Source: Nemertoderma westbladi (taxonomy: Eukaryota; Animalia; Xenacoelomorpha). From it: a stretch of 64,000 nucleotides of DNA. Of the stretch, positions 48,291-60,636 are shown piece after piece. Under the pieces are notes generated by a model. It did not search any database and was not told where the DNA came from. It saw only the letters and a list, made by a program, of their open reading frames with translations. Position numbers and translations under genes: made by a program. Every line of letters begins with the position of its first letter. Within the stretch, counting starts at the first letter, position 1. Where the stretch lies: NCBI GenBank assembly GCA_032718475.1, contig JAUCBJ010000969.1, positions 2,416-66,415 on the forward strand. The letters run 5' to 3'.

Positions 48291-49110
48291 ACTTGTTCAC
48301 ATAATCTATCTAACTCATAATTACTGTAAATCTTATTTTGCCGTATATTTTATTAATCTTATTTTAACTTCAGTTTTTTTTTACCGCTTTTTATTTTTAT
48401 TGAATTTCTACCGTTTTACTTTACTATTTATTTTATTTAATTTTCCCATTGGTTAAAAATTGTATATCGTATTTCCCCAGTTGCCCTATTTTTACTCACA
48501 TGCTATGCAATCTGTTATGCATTAATCTTTTATCTTCATGTATTTGTATCGTTTTACTATTGTACTGTATCTGTTTTATTTAATTATCCATTCTCAGTTG
48601 TTTTTCTTACCTTTTTTTTAATGAATTTGTACTGTTTTACTTTACTTTTGTAGGCCTACCTAATTTATTTTATTTTCCAGTAGTTATACAATGTATGTAT
48701 ATCGATCGTATTGTTATGCTGTCACACATTCCGGAATCACAGCTCCCAGTTGTTATATTTTACTCACATGTTGTGTAATCCCACTTTAATTATCTGTCAC
48801 TGCGTTGTAGATTATAGCCAATAATCATATTCTGTTTACACCGTATAGATTACTTTTATGCCATTAATTTTTATTTATTTTATCTAGATAGTCCACGTGA
48901 TATATAAACTTTTATTTACTTTGCGCCATTCAACTGCCATTTTATTGTATTATGGAGACATGCCGTAAATGCTAAATGTATGTTGCATTCTACCTTATTG
49001 TGTGGTTTAAAAGTTTTGAGTAATTTTTATATTTTTAAAGTTTAATTTCCGCGTACATATCGTGATTTATGGGACCCTATAAGTTCTCAACTTTCTTGTT
49101 CCTGTAACTT

Positions 49111-49193
<83 letters not shown>
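49111..49193. repeat. (TAA)n microsatellite
   Basis: Directly visible. Confidence 0.95.
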
Positions 49194-49194
<1 letters not shown>

Positions 49195-51727
49195 TAAACA
49201 CAAAAAATATAGAAAACAATTCATGAAAGTAACAGACAATTGAAAAACTAATACCAGAAATAGATTCTCCATAATTTTTACCCCAGAAATATGTATGGTT
49301 TATCATTCAAACTCGTTACCAGTAACAAAAACAACATCAGAACATGGCCTTCGCTAGCGAAGTCTGGATTTCAGATTTACCGTGTGCCAGTCGTTGCTTC
49401 ATTAGTCCTTGGTGGGGACCGATGTTCCAACCGTCTGGCTGTCTGGTATCTAATTGTCATTCTACAGCTGCTTTCCGGTATCTAGGCCTTTCTGCCTATT
49501 CTGCTATTGCTTGACGCTTGATGGCATGACTGCCTTTTTTCATACTGCTGTCGGTGCGGCTGTAGGCTACCTGGCTACCGGTACTGGTTGACTGCTGGAC
49601 TGGCATACGCCTGCCTGTACGCATACTGCTGTACTGGCATAGCCCAGGCCAGCAGGCTGCCAGCGTGCCAGGTTGGAATTCATACTGCAAAACTCGAACG
49701 CCTGGCAATGCCTGGGGACGCGTACGCCATACCTGCGCGAATGACCGCGAATGGAGCCATGATGTTCTATCTCTATGCAGCTATGACTGCATGATCTATT
49801 CATATAGTCATATGATCATATAGGTACCGGTACACTTGGAGTTGTACTAAAGTTCAATATTGGACTTTGGAGTCCAAAATTGGACTTGAAGTCTAAAATT
49901 GAACTTGAAGTCCAATTTTTGTCTTCTTACCAACTGTGACCGTCCCTTAAATCCTTAAAACACTTATCTGAGGCTTATATATATTTTTTTTCTTGTATTC
50001 TTGTAGGCCTATTTGTTTTACGGTTTATAGCAATTGATAAAAACCAAGGAGAACTCATAGAGCACACCTATATAAAATGTAAAGAACATACAAATAAAGA
50101 TAAATTAAAACATAACAAACATTAAAGGATTCGATGATTTAAAAACAGGTTTACAAAAAAGCTTATTTTATGAAACACTTTTTAAAATTTTTTTCATTAG
50201 CATTTTTCATACCGACTGTCTGACCACATGGTTTCTCTCAATTAGTACCGGTAAAGGGGTCGTTTAGGCCTATTGTTTTGGTTAGAAAAGCCCGCCTCTG
50301 TAACCTGCTCCTTTCCCTCAATTGGCAGATTGGTAAATTGGCTGTTTATTGTTTTGGGCTGTTGGGGTTTGGTAAAGTGATCGTTTATTGTTTTGGTTAG
50401 AAAAGCCCGCCTCTGCATCCTGCTACTTTCCCACAATTGGTAAAGGGGCCGTTTATTGTTTTGGTTAGATAAGCCTGCCTATGTAACCTGCTCCTTTCCC
50501 TCAAACTGTCAAAAAAATGGTGAAATTAATTTGCATGCTTTGTATTGTTAAATACTCGTACCGGTATTTCTATTACTATAATCAGCTCAGATTATGCTGT
50601 TATGTTTTATGTATAATAAAAATATTGATTGAGAAAACCATTTTTATCTAAAATCTTTACAATTTTTGGGAAAATTTTTCCCGTCTTTTTTCCCGCTATT
50701 TCCCAGAGGAGACCAGGAAATTTGAGAAAAATATCAGAGTCTTTTCATACATGGCGCAGTAGCGGAGCGGTACGATGCAGTAGGTCTACTGGTAGGTAAT
50801 GAATATTCGAAAAAAATTTTGAATAGGCTAAAGATTGTGAAAAAAATTTCCCGTATTTTTTCCTGGTGTTTTCCCGGGGAAACTGGGAAATTTGAGAAAA
50901 ATATCACAGTCTTTTCATATATAGACAATGTAGAAATGAATATGAGAAAATTTTCTAAGTGTTTTCCCACCAGACGTAAGTGTTTGAGACACATGCGTTT
51001 TGTAGCGTTTCAGTACCCCCCAAGCCCAAACCGGAAATTCCCCATTCGGTTGAGACAGGTGTGCGTTGCGCCTCAACACGCGGCTCCGGTGCGCAGTGTG
51101 CACCGCAAATTAATTGAAATCACGAAAATACACAAAAAACACGAAGAACACAATTTTTACCTGTAGGCAATGTGCGTGCACCACTATCTGACTATCTGTA
51201 ATGTTAACACAAAATACACCAGTACACTGGACTGCCCTGCCTGAGTGCCTGTACCGGGATATACAGGGTGTTCGCCAGAATATGTTACGGTTTCATTATT
51301 TAATAACTCTCCTGCACTTTGACGAAAATTGTTCATTTTGGTTCCAATTGAAAACCAGAATATAAACTTAGACTTTGGTATAAAACATGATGTGGTTCTC
51401 GAGTGCCATCATTGCCATAGCAACGCTTAAAAACAAATCCAGTATTGTGATAAGATTATCAATGTGATAATAATACTATAATATGATATTGATGCAATGT
51501 TAATTAATTTCATCTTTAAATGCTTTAACAGTTAGTTACTGTTAGAAAAACATCAACAATCAATTCAAACATTAGTTTGAATTAGTTACTGTTACTAGGT
51601 AACAAGTTATATTCCAGACTGGCTTATTTTACTAACAAGTAGTAATAGTAAGGTTGTGGTTGTTTTTGTGGTTACTTTATTGTTTAGTTATTTTCGTGGT
51701 TTTTTGTTGTCTACTTGTTCTTGCGTT

Positions 51728-52228
51728 AGAATGAATTGAATGAATGAATGAATGAATGAATGAATGAATGAATGAATGAATGAATGAATGAATGAATGAA
51801 TGAATGAATGAATGAATGAATGAATGAATGAATGAATGAATGAATGAATGAATGAATGAATGAATGAATGAATGAATGAATGAATGAATGAATGAATGAA
51901 TGAATGAATGAATGAATGAATGAATGAATGAATGAATGAATGAATGAATGAATGAATGAATGAATGAATGAATGAATGAATGAATGAATGAATGAATGAA
52001 TGAATGAATGAATGAATGAATGAATGAATGAATGAATGAATGAATGAATGAATGAATGAATGAATGAATGAATGAATGAATGAATGAATGAATGAATGAA
52101 TGAATGAATGAATGAATGAATGAATGAATGAATGAATGAATGAATGAATGAATGAAATGAAATGAAATGAAATGAAATGGAATGGAATGGAATGGAATGG
52201 AATGGAATGGAATGAATGAATGAATGAA
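51728..52228. repeat. (GAAT)n microsatellite grading into (GAAAT)n and (GGAAT)n
   Basis: Directly visible. Confidence 0.97.
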
Positions 52229-52609
52229 TTGAACTCTCTTTTTTATTTAAATTATAAAAACATATAAGTAACGAAATTAACAATTTAAATACACTTTTGA
52301 ACCGCAATAATTATAAATAACTACGACATCAATAACTGGTCACTATCATATAAAAAACATTTTATGTATTTAATAAAATTAAAAGAAAAAGAGGGGAAGA
52401 CCACCAAGGCGAATTGCACTTATTATTGGGGGCGCTGCACAGCATCACCAAAAAATTATTATAATGCAAAAACATTGTATTACGCAATGAAATAAAAAAA
52501 GTTAACTACGATATAAAATTTCAAAAAACGTTCATAAAAAGGACGAAAGTGAATACATACCAAATAGAAAATTAATAAAAATAATCATAATAGCTAATAT
52601 ACAATAAAT

Positions 52610-53015
52610 TGCACCGCGCAAAAAGCCTTCGAGTAAAATATCTCTGTACGCGTTCTATGAGGTGATGTTATACATCTGATATGGGGACCAGATAACGGTA
52701 CAGTATTCGACTAAGGGTTGAACAAAGGCCTTATACGCTGTTACCAAAGCACTAACAGAGCTAGTGTAAAAAGAACGAAAAATCATGTTAATGATCTTAA
52801 ACGCTTTTTTTACACGCTCTTTACAATATAACGAAAATTTCAGGTCATCACATATCGTAATGCCCAGATCCTTAAAACTGCTAACAGCTTCTAGTTTCGT
52901 ATTGTTTAGGTAATAAGACGGCTTCAAATTTTTAACACCAATATTACGTACTTTACATTTATGTGGTGCAACTGGTAGGTGCCAGGTATCAGACCACAAG
53001 AGATGAGAGTGTGAT
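52610..53015 (-). pseudogene. CR1-like LINE RT fragment inside the mariner relic
   Basis: WSDTWHL.....KCKV, KDLGITICDDLKF, YKAFVQPLVEYCTVIWSP, and (E)RVQRYFTRR. Confidence 0.8.
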
Positions 53016-54071
53016 AGAGATGTGAGTCCTGAACCACGCTTCCTCAATAGAGTCTTTTCATTGTGGAACTTTAATACCAGCCTTACGATATCCATCCATG
53101 CGCTGACTGGACTGGACGCCGTTGGGTTTGGATACTCATGGACAAACTGTAAAGCAGTTAGCTTAGATGAACCATTCTGATAGTAAGTTTTGATTATAAA
53201 CACTTTCTGATCACCTGTAAACATTGTTACACCAACCCACCATTAAAATAACAACAAAAAACCACGAAAATAACACGCAAATAGAAACCTAAACAAGACT
53301 AAAGTAACCACAAAAACAACCACAACCTTACTCTGCTTGTTAGTAAAATAAGCCAGTCTGGAATATAACTTGTTACCTAGCAACAGTAACTAATTCAAAC
53401 TAATGCTTGAACCTTTTTTTAGAACCTTTTCATTTTAAAGCGTTGATATGGCAATGACAGAATCATGGCATTCGAGAACCACATCATGTTTTATAGGCTA
53501 CCAAAGTCTAAGTTTATATTCTGGCTTTCAATTGGAACCAAGATGAACAATTTTCGTCGAAGTGCAGGAGAGTTATTAAAGAATTAAACCGTAACATATT
53601 CTGGCGTGCCGTATACCCTGTAGGCCTACAATTTCAGATCAATTTAATAAAAATTAAGGAAATGTCGCACATTTTAAAATTTAAATTTTTGTAAAATTTT
53701 AAAAACTCTTGGGTTTGTGACTTGATGCGCAAAGCGGAAATGGCATTAGCTGATTAGGCTGGTGCGGCGCGATTTTCATAATGTTTACCATAATATATAG
53801 GTGAATCTGAACCTGTACTAAATCAGTATATTATATACAGATATATACAGTATACTGGTATACACTACGCAGCTAGAGCAAGGCCTATACAGATCCAATA
53901 CCGGTACCTCTGTTCCTGTAGACCTATTTAAACAATAATTAATCTTTTACTAATCTTGAGCTTGACGCCATTTAATTAATCCGTAATCTGTTTGGCCTAC
54001 TGGCTGACTGGCAAGGCAACTGCTGCGGGTGCGGGTAATATCGGTAGTGATTAGTAATACTGTAATATATA

Positions 54072-55004
54072 ATGGATGAATTTGAATATAAGGAAGAAAC
54101 TTCTACTTATAAGTTCGACTATGGCAATAATGAAGAGGCGGATTCCACTGGTACGGGAACCACCGATAACGATTTCGTTAAACTCGAACCGAATCTGAAC
54201 CTTTTGGATGACTCGGTGTCCTCGTCTACAGGGGTCGACCTCATCTCGGAGGCGTTCAATCCGCCCCCCGAACCGAAAGCCCGGGATCCGCCCCCGACGG
54301 CGTCGCAGGTCGATGACCTGCTGGGTGGGTTCGATTCCGCGCCGGTGGACTTCGCCGCGGTCCCCAAACGAACCGGAGCCGTCGGGCCGCGCGGTTGGTT
54401 CGTCTTTCTGCCGGATGAATGCCGCGCCGTCGTGTTCTGGGACAACCCGAAGCTAACCGGAGCAATATTCGCGGCCACCTTGGTGGCATTCATCGCGTTG
54501 CACTGCTTCTCAATCATCAGCGTTATCAGCTACCTCTCCCTCAGTATCGTGGTGGTTGCTGGAATCGTTCGCGCTTACCTCATCGTCGCTCAGCTCGTCC
54601 AACGCAACGACGAGGTCAACCCGCTCCAATCCTTCCTCGATTACAACCTGCAGCTGCCGGAGTCCGTCCTGGAGAGTTACGGTCCGGTTCTAATAAAAGT
54701 TTACAACCGCCGAGTTAACGAGTTGCGACGCTGGATGCTAGTCGAGGATTTCGTCGATTCGATAAAGTTCGCCATCATTATGTGGGGATTAACCTACATC
54801 GGGTCCTGGTTCAACCTCCTCACTCTAGTCGGGCTGCTCACTGTCGTCACCTTCACCGTCCCGGTCGTCTACGAGAAGTACCAGCGTCAGGTAGACAATG
54901 TGTTGTCGGTTGCTAGGCAGCAGTTACTCGATGTCTGGGCCGAAGTTAAGAAGAAGATCCCGCCGCGAATGAAGCAGTTGGGTGGGAAAGCAAAGAAGAA
55001 TTAA
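54072..55004 (+). CDS. RTN: Reticulon-family ER-shaping protein, single exon, 310 aa
   Basis: Reticulon homology domain: FWDNPKLTGAIF, FSIISVISY, NPLQSFLD, ELRRWMLVEDFVDSIKFAIIMWGLTYIGSWFNLLTL, FTVPVVYEKYQRQVD, KKKIP. AATAAA at 55192. Confidence 0.95.
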   Translation: MDEFEYKEETSTYKFDYGNNEEADSTGTGTTDNDFVKLEPNLNLLDDSVSSSTGVDLISEAFNPPPEPKARDPPPTASQVDDLLGGFDSAPVDFAAVPKRTGAVGPRGWFVFLPDECRAVVFWDNPKLTGAIFAATLVAFIALHCFSIISVISYLSLSIVVVAGIVRAYLIVAQLVQRNDEVNPLQSFLDYNLQLPESVLESYGPVLIKVYNRRVNELRRWMLVEDFVDSIKFAIIMWGLTYIGSWFNLLTLVGLLTVVTFTVPVVYEKYQRQVDNVLSVARQQLLDVWAEVKKKIPPRMKQLGGKAKKN

Positions 55005-55463
55005 CATCATTAGCTCTCCCTCTCTCTCTCTCTATAGTCTATCAGGATTTGTATCTCATAAACTGCGCTGACTGACGTTAGTATTTGCCCCCCCCCCCCC
55101 CCCCCCCCCCCCCTCTGTTGTTCTTTCAACATCGATTCTACTATTATGTCCTGTTGAAGGGGGGGGGGGGGGGGGGAAATGCTAGAAACTCAATAAAACC
55201 TATGAAGAACCATTTCTATTATATATAGCCCATTTTGCTTTTTGACTTTAACCAAATCCATATTATTATTTTATTGCATTTCTTCTGATAATATTATTTA
55301 CCTAGGCCTATTCAGCATTAATTTTGGTTTTTATAAAATATCTCATTTGCGATTTTATTTTCCATTTGGTTCTATTCGTGTTGACATTATTATACCGGAT
55401 GTTTACTATAAACTGAAACGTTTCTTTTTGCCATGTCGCCTGTTTGTGTCTTTTCTCGTAGAC

Positions 55464-56436
55464 TAGCTCGTGTTACATTGTGTATCATTGTAGCTCGTGT
55501 TACATTGTGTATCATTGTAGCTCGTGTTACATTGTGTATCATTGTAGCTCGTGTTACATTGTGTATCATTGTAGCTCGTGTTACATTGTGTATCATTGTA
55601 GCTCGTGTTACATTGTGTATCATTGTAGCTCGTGTTACATTGTGTGTCATTGTAGCTCGTGTTACATTGTATATCATTGTAGCTCGTGTTACATTGTGTA
55701 TCATTGTATCTCGTGTTACATTGTATATCATTGTAGCTCGTGTTACATTGTGTATCATTGTAGCTCGTGTTACATTGTGTATCATTGTAGCTCGTGTTAC
55801 ATTGTGTATCATTGTAGCTCGTGTTACATTGTGTATCATTGTAGCTCGTGTTACATTGTGTATCATTGTAGCTCGTGTTACATTGTGTATCATTGTAGCT
55901 CGTGTTACATTGTGTATCATTGTAGCTCGTGTTACATTGTGTATCATTGTAGCTCGTGTTACATTGTGTATCATTGTAGCTCGTGTTACATTGTGTATCA
56001 TTGTAGCTCGTGTTACATTGTGTATCATTGTAGCTCGTGTTACATTGTGTATCATTGTAGCTCGTGTTACATTGTGTATCATTGTAGCTCGTGTTACATT
56101 GTGTATCATTGTAGCTCGTGTTACATTGTGTATCATTGTAGCTCGTGTTACATTGTGTATCATTGTAGCTCGTGTTACATTGTGTATCATTGTAGCTCGT
56201 GTTACATTGTGTATCATTGTAGCTCGTGTTACATTGTGTATCATTGTAGCTCGTGTTACATTGTGTATCATTGTAGCTCGTGTTACATTGTGTATCATTG
56301 TAGCTCGTGTTACATTGTGTATCATTGTAGCTCGTGTTACATTGTGTATCATTGTAGCTCGTGTTACATTGTGTATCATTGTAGCTCGTGTTACATTGTG
56401 TATCATTGTAGCTCGTGTTACATTGTGTATCATTGT
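55464..56436. repeat. 27-bp minisatellite, about 36 near-perfect copies
   Basis: Unit tagctcgtgttacattgtgtatcattg. Confidence 0.97.
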
Positions 56437-57891
56437 TGCTTTAGTTGTGCAGCGTATCAGTTTGTGTTCCCTAGAATAGTTATTCTGCTAGAAGTCATTT
56501 CTTTCATAAATATATCCGTTTATTTATTTAATATTTTATACGATCTGTTTCTTATGTTCACATTGCATTGGTTAAACCGTTGCCATGACACTTCGCAAAA
56601 ATAGTTAGTATCGACTCCCGAACCGAAAATTAACCTATTAATCAATAATTCAGTGAATTAATAGACTTTTTATTTTTTTTAATCGATTTTTCTCTCGTAA
56701 AAGTGAAAATAAACTTATATACAGATGTCATCACGTTATTGATAAGCTCATCAAGCTTTCTAAATAATATCTAACAATCATGATAAAAGGCAATTATTAG
56801 ACAAAACGGCGTTGGATATTAGGTATTGCAATGACAAGGAAAATACTAGTAACATTTTGAATATACTCTTCATCTTTAAACTAAACTGTATACTAATTAA
56901 TTGTTACATAATAATTCTTGCAAAACATATCTTTAGGCTTTACTACGTATCGTAAGTTAGCTTACAGCTTACAGCTAGTTATATGTGAATTAGCTTATAT
57001 AATTATAATTTGCAATTATTTATAATTATATAATTTAGGATATATTATACCGTAAATATATGTTTTATCGCAAATTAAACTAATATTAGGGGGCCTGGCC
57101 ATCTATGTACTTAAAGTTCAACTTGTTACTTGCGAAGGCGAACCTGGTCGTATATTTTATGAAGTTATTTCTTTATGCTATTAATTATACAGAATACACG
57201 CAATGTGTTTGCGTATCAATTGGTATCACATCCAATAGCCTAATTTACAATATACCGCCGGTGCATATTATAATATATTATATTGTCTCTTTAACTTTAA
57301 TTGTTCACAAATATTTCGCCCTCCTTTTCCTAAGGGGATATATATAAAATTTTCATAACTCACTGTTTCCAACTGAGCAGTGCAGTCTATAGCTCCAGTA
57401 TATACTGCAGCACTGCACTACAATTAATGTGTATTGTAACAGTATGTGGTGCAGCATTGTAATATAAGTGGGAGAGTGAGAGGTATATATTAACTGTTTT
57501 TTTCACTTTTTCTCTGTCATATATTCATATAATATGTTTAATTTATAGGCCTACGATTTATGATTTCACATATGATGCAGATTGTATTGTACACAATAAT
57601 GTATATTACCATTGTATGGGTGGGTGTACACAATGCTGCAATATATCGTCGTGTGAATAAATATATTCCGTTTTAGTTTCTACGAATAACGACATCTCAC
57701 CTCCAGTATGTATCTTAAGTTATATGTTATTCAATGACTTGATTCGTAATATGATTAATATTTAAGATTATTTTATCGGTGCCAACCCAATTAGTTTCTA
57801 ATCAGGTATCTTATGCGTCATGCAAAAATGTTTGGTTCACATTTAGGTCATCATCATAGACAACACTACAAGATTGTACGGTTTAGGCCAT

Positions 57892-60156
57892 TTAGAGGGA
57901 TTCAAATGGGTTAATAGGCTGATTATCTTGTTCGGCAGTTTCTGTATCATCATTGTAATCTTGTATTACTTCGGAACTTCTGGTTTCCTCTTCTATTCCA
58001 ATTGATTTATATTTATTTATCAAATATAATATGACTCCAAATGGCATCCAAATAACTACCATAATAAATAAGAATGGCATCAGTCGCAGTGACCACTTTG
58101 GGTGTGGTGTTTTCACTAAAGATATGGTTTTATTATTGTAGGATTGATTGAAAATTTCAACTCCACTAGCTTTCTCTGCAGTCCATTGCAAGCAAATACC
58201 AATTAAAATTATGAACGCAGATAATTTCCACAATAATATAATGTTAACTTGCCTAATCATTATCCATTTCGCGTCGGAATATTTAATTCTTTTGATAACT
58301 CTGGGGATCCGTATCCAGGATACGTATATTAGTTCCATAATGGCAATGAACATCAGCGGTCGACACACGGTCCACTCTATGAAGACCCTTATAAGGTATC
58401 GTCCAAGATAGTTACAGAATATTATCACTGCGATGAAACAACCTAATAATCCTGTAGCATAAGATCTTTGATGGTAACTTATATTCTCGCCGCATAAATA
58501 AAATGTTACATCCATTATATCTCTTAGTCCATTAGCTATTGTGTCACAATTTTTTATCAGCACAACCGTTAGAATGAGTAATGTCCAAAAATTATCATCA
58601 AGATTATTGTGAGCCCCTAACACCGACGACATCGTTATAAATGAATAGGCAGTCCCTTCTGCGGATTGTCTGAGGTACCATTCCATCTTACAATCACTCC
58701 TGTATGTCTTACAGTCATCAAAGGCTTTTGTTGATACGAATCCAAGAGCACAGAAAGTCCCTGATCCGAAGCCTATCGACGTAATCATGTTACCAATTAT
58801 TGTAAACATAGCTTCTATTGTTATACGCGAATAAGTGTTACACTTCGCCATAGTTACCATAGATCCTGTACCCACTCCCAGAGACAAAAGTACTTGGGTA
58901 CACGCGTCCAACCATATGTCCGCATTTAAAAATGGCGTAAACGAACGCAGTGGCGTCACCATGTATCTGAGTCCGTTAACGGCACCCGGCAACAAGGCAG
59001 CTCTGGTTACAAACATTATCAGGACCACAGTGTACGTTAGGGATATAAACGGCTGTTTGAAACGCACTTTATGGGCTATATGAATAGTTACAAATACCCA
59101 AACTACCATCATTGTTAACAGTCCACTATTTGTTATGGATACATTTGATACCGATTCGTAGAAGTAATAAGATGCGGAATTTGTGTTATTGCATAATGTT
59201 TTGGTTGATTCTGTAGGATCTTCCCTTGGACACAACATCCATGGCAATGGCGAAGTAAGAGACCTTATGAGATAACTCAAAATCCATGATGCCAGGCCAC
59301 TGTAGGTTATGGCTGTTATCGTATTGCAAATTATTATAGACAATCCTAATCCGGAACCATAGTTATGCTTCCAGTATTTTCGCGGAATGTTTCCTGTTGT
59401 CTGCCGACCCAGGGCGAATTCTATTAATAGCATTGGATATCCAACAAGCAACATACAAACAATGTAGCAAAGAATGAAGGCCGCGCCGCCGTGTTTATGT
59501 GCTAAGGAGGGGAACCTCCACAGAATAGCGAAGTTGAATGCGTATCCAAGTAGGTGGAAATATCCCATGGTCGTCTCATCCCATAATGTCGTCGTCACTA
59601 CTGACGTCACATCATACTCATTAATTAAAACTTCAGATGTGAATCTAACTCTTTTCTTGGATTTATTATTTGGGTCTTCCATAACCTCGAATGAATAATA
59701 TGTTGTACTGTGCGACTCTCCAGATGATTGTTGCGATGACCCACTGGCAGTGGCCGATCGTACAGAGAATCGTTGCGAAGACGACTTAGGAGATTCGATG
59801 GACTTTCGTTCGATTGGCAAACTGAACCTTCTTTCAGTTTGCCTTTCATTATTGTCCAGATGCAAATGGTTCTCTGACACCACGGATGAGGGTATTGGTG
59901 TTGGGCTACGCATTCCACGATGGAGATCAAGGATGTCGTCGTTCAACAGCGAATGCAACATTTCATTGTTGACCAGTTGCGTCCGAAGTGACAGCCGTCG
60001 TAATTCCCTTAATGACGTTTCCTTTGTGGTGCTTCGAATATCATCAGTGGATGTTGTAGGCCTATCAGATGGCGGATCATTGCTTGACTGTGGTGAAATA
60101 TTAGATGGAACATTATTAGGTGGGTGTGACGACATCTCAGACGTTTGTTTTGACAT
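57892..60156 (-). CDS. Divergent SLC6 (sodium:neurotransmitter symporter family) transporter, single exon, 754 aa
   Basis: W...MGYFHLLGYAFNFAILWRFP..AHKHGGAAF...Y, EFALGRQ, GLGLS, LPWMLC, LPGAVNGLRY, WLDACTQVLLSLGVG.G, MELIYVSW; many transmembrane segments. Confidence 0.88.
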   Translation of the reverse strand: MSKQTSEMSSHPPNNVPSNISPQSSNDPPSDRPTTSTDDIRSTTKETSLRELRRLSLRTQLVNNEMLHSLLNDDILDLHRGMRSPTPIPSSVVSENHLHLDNNERQTERRFSLPIERKSIESPKSSSQRFSVRSATASGSSQQSSGESHSTTYYSFEVMEDPNNKSKKRVRFTSEVLINEYDVTSVVTTTLWDETTMGYFHLLGYAFNFAILWRFPSLAHKHGGAAFILCYIVCMLLVGYPMLLIEFALGRQTTGNIPRKYWKHNYGSGLGLSIIICNTITAITYSGLASWILSYLIRSLTSPLPWMLCPREDPTESTKTLCNNTNSASYYFYESVSNVSITNSGLLTMMVVWVFVTIHIAHKVRFKQPFISLTYTVVLIMFVTRAALLPGAVNGLRYMVTPLRSFTPFLNADIWLDACTQVLLSLGVGTGSMVTMAKCNTYSRITIEAMFTIIGNMITSIGFGSGTFCALGFVSTKAFDDCKTYRSDCKMEWYLRQSAEGTAYSFITMSSVLGAHNNLDDNFWTLLILTVVLIKNCDTIANGLRDIMDVTFYLCGENISYHQRSYATGLLGCFIAVIIFCNYLGRYLIRVFIEWTVCRPLMFIAIMELIYVSWIRIPRVIKRIKYSDAKWIMIRQVNIILLWKLSAFIILIGICLQWTAEKASGVEIFNQSYNNKTISLVKTPHPKWSLRLMPFLFIMVVIWMPFGVILYLINKYKSIGIEEETRSSEVIQDYNDDTETAEQDNQPINPFESL

Positions 60157-60636
60157 AATGAAATAATTAGTCGTATTTACATACTATGAAAATTTACGGA
60201 ACGAATTTCGTGGTTGAATTTCTAACGTACTATCAGGTATTTGCACATCCACCTCCAAATTTTTATTGTAACTTGTTTGGCTAATTTCGTTTTGTGAAAT
60301 GGGCATGCCCCCCTCCCACATATTTTAGACTAGCTAGTTTTTGTTACTTTAATTCTAAAAAGTTCCGAACATGTTAGTTTTCATATTTTAAAAATATTTG
60401 TTCTTAAACAAATATATTTTGTTCTAGAACATTTTTAACAATTATCTTTTTAATTATAGTTTTTATTAGTTTTTATTAGAAAATGTTCTACAACGTGGTA
60501 ACATACGGTATCACTTTCAACACAAGTAATACAATTTGAGAAATTCCACCAAAAATATTTTATTTCACTTTTTTTCGACGCAAATCAAAATAAATTTTAT
60601 GTTAGCTATAATGTAGTTAAAAGTCCGTCACGGAGC

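Larger units (their letters stand above)
51264..53620 (-). mobile_element. Tc1/mariner relic with long (~400-bp) TIRs
   Basis: ta-CAGGGTG..CGCCAGAATATGTTACGG / CCGTAACATATTCTGGCG..ACCCTG-ta. Transposase N-terminal HTH (MFTGDQKVFIIKTYY...IVRLVLKF....TL....GSG) at 53224-53020. Confidence 0.8.

Noticed and set aside
51726-52307. 193-aa HSFI-repeat ORF
   Set aside because: Translation of a (GAAT)n microsatellite.
55390-56604. Long ORFs of 347-374 aa, and a CRISPR-like appearance
   Set aside because: They are translations of a 27-bp minisatellite. There are no unique spacers and no cas genes.
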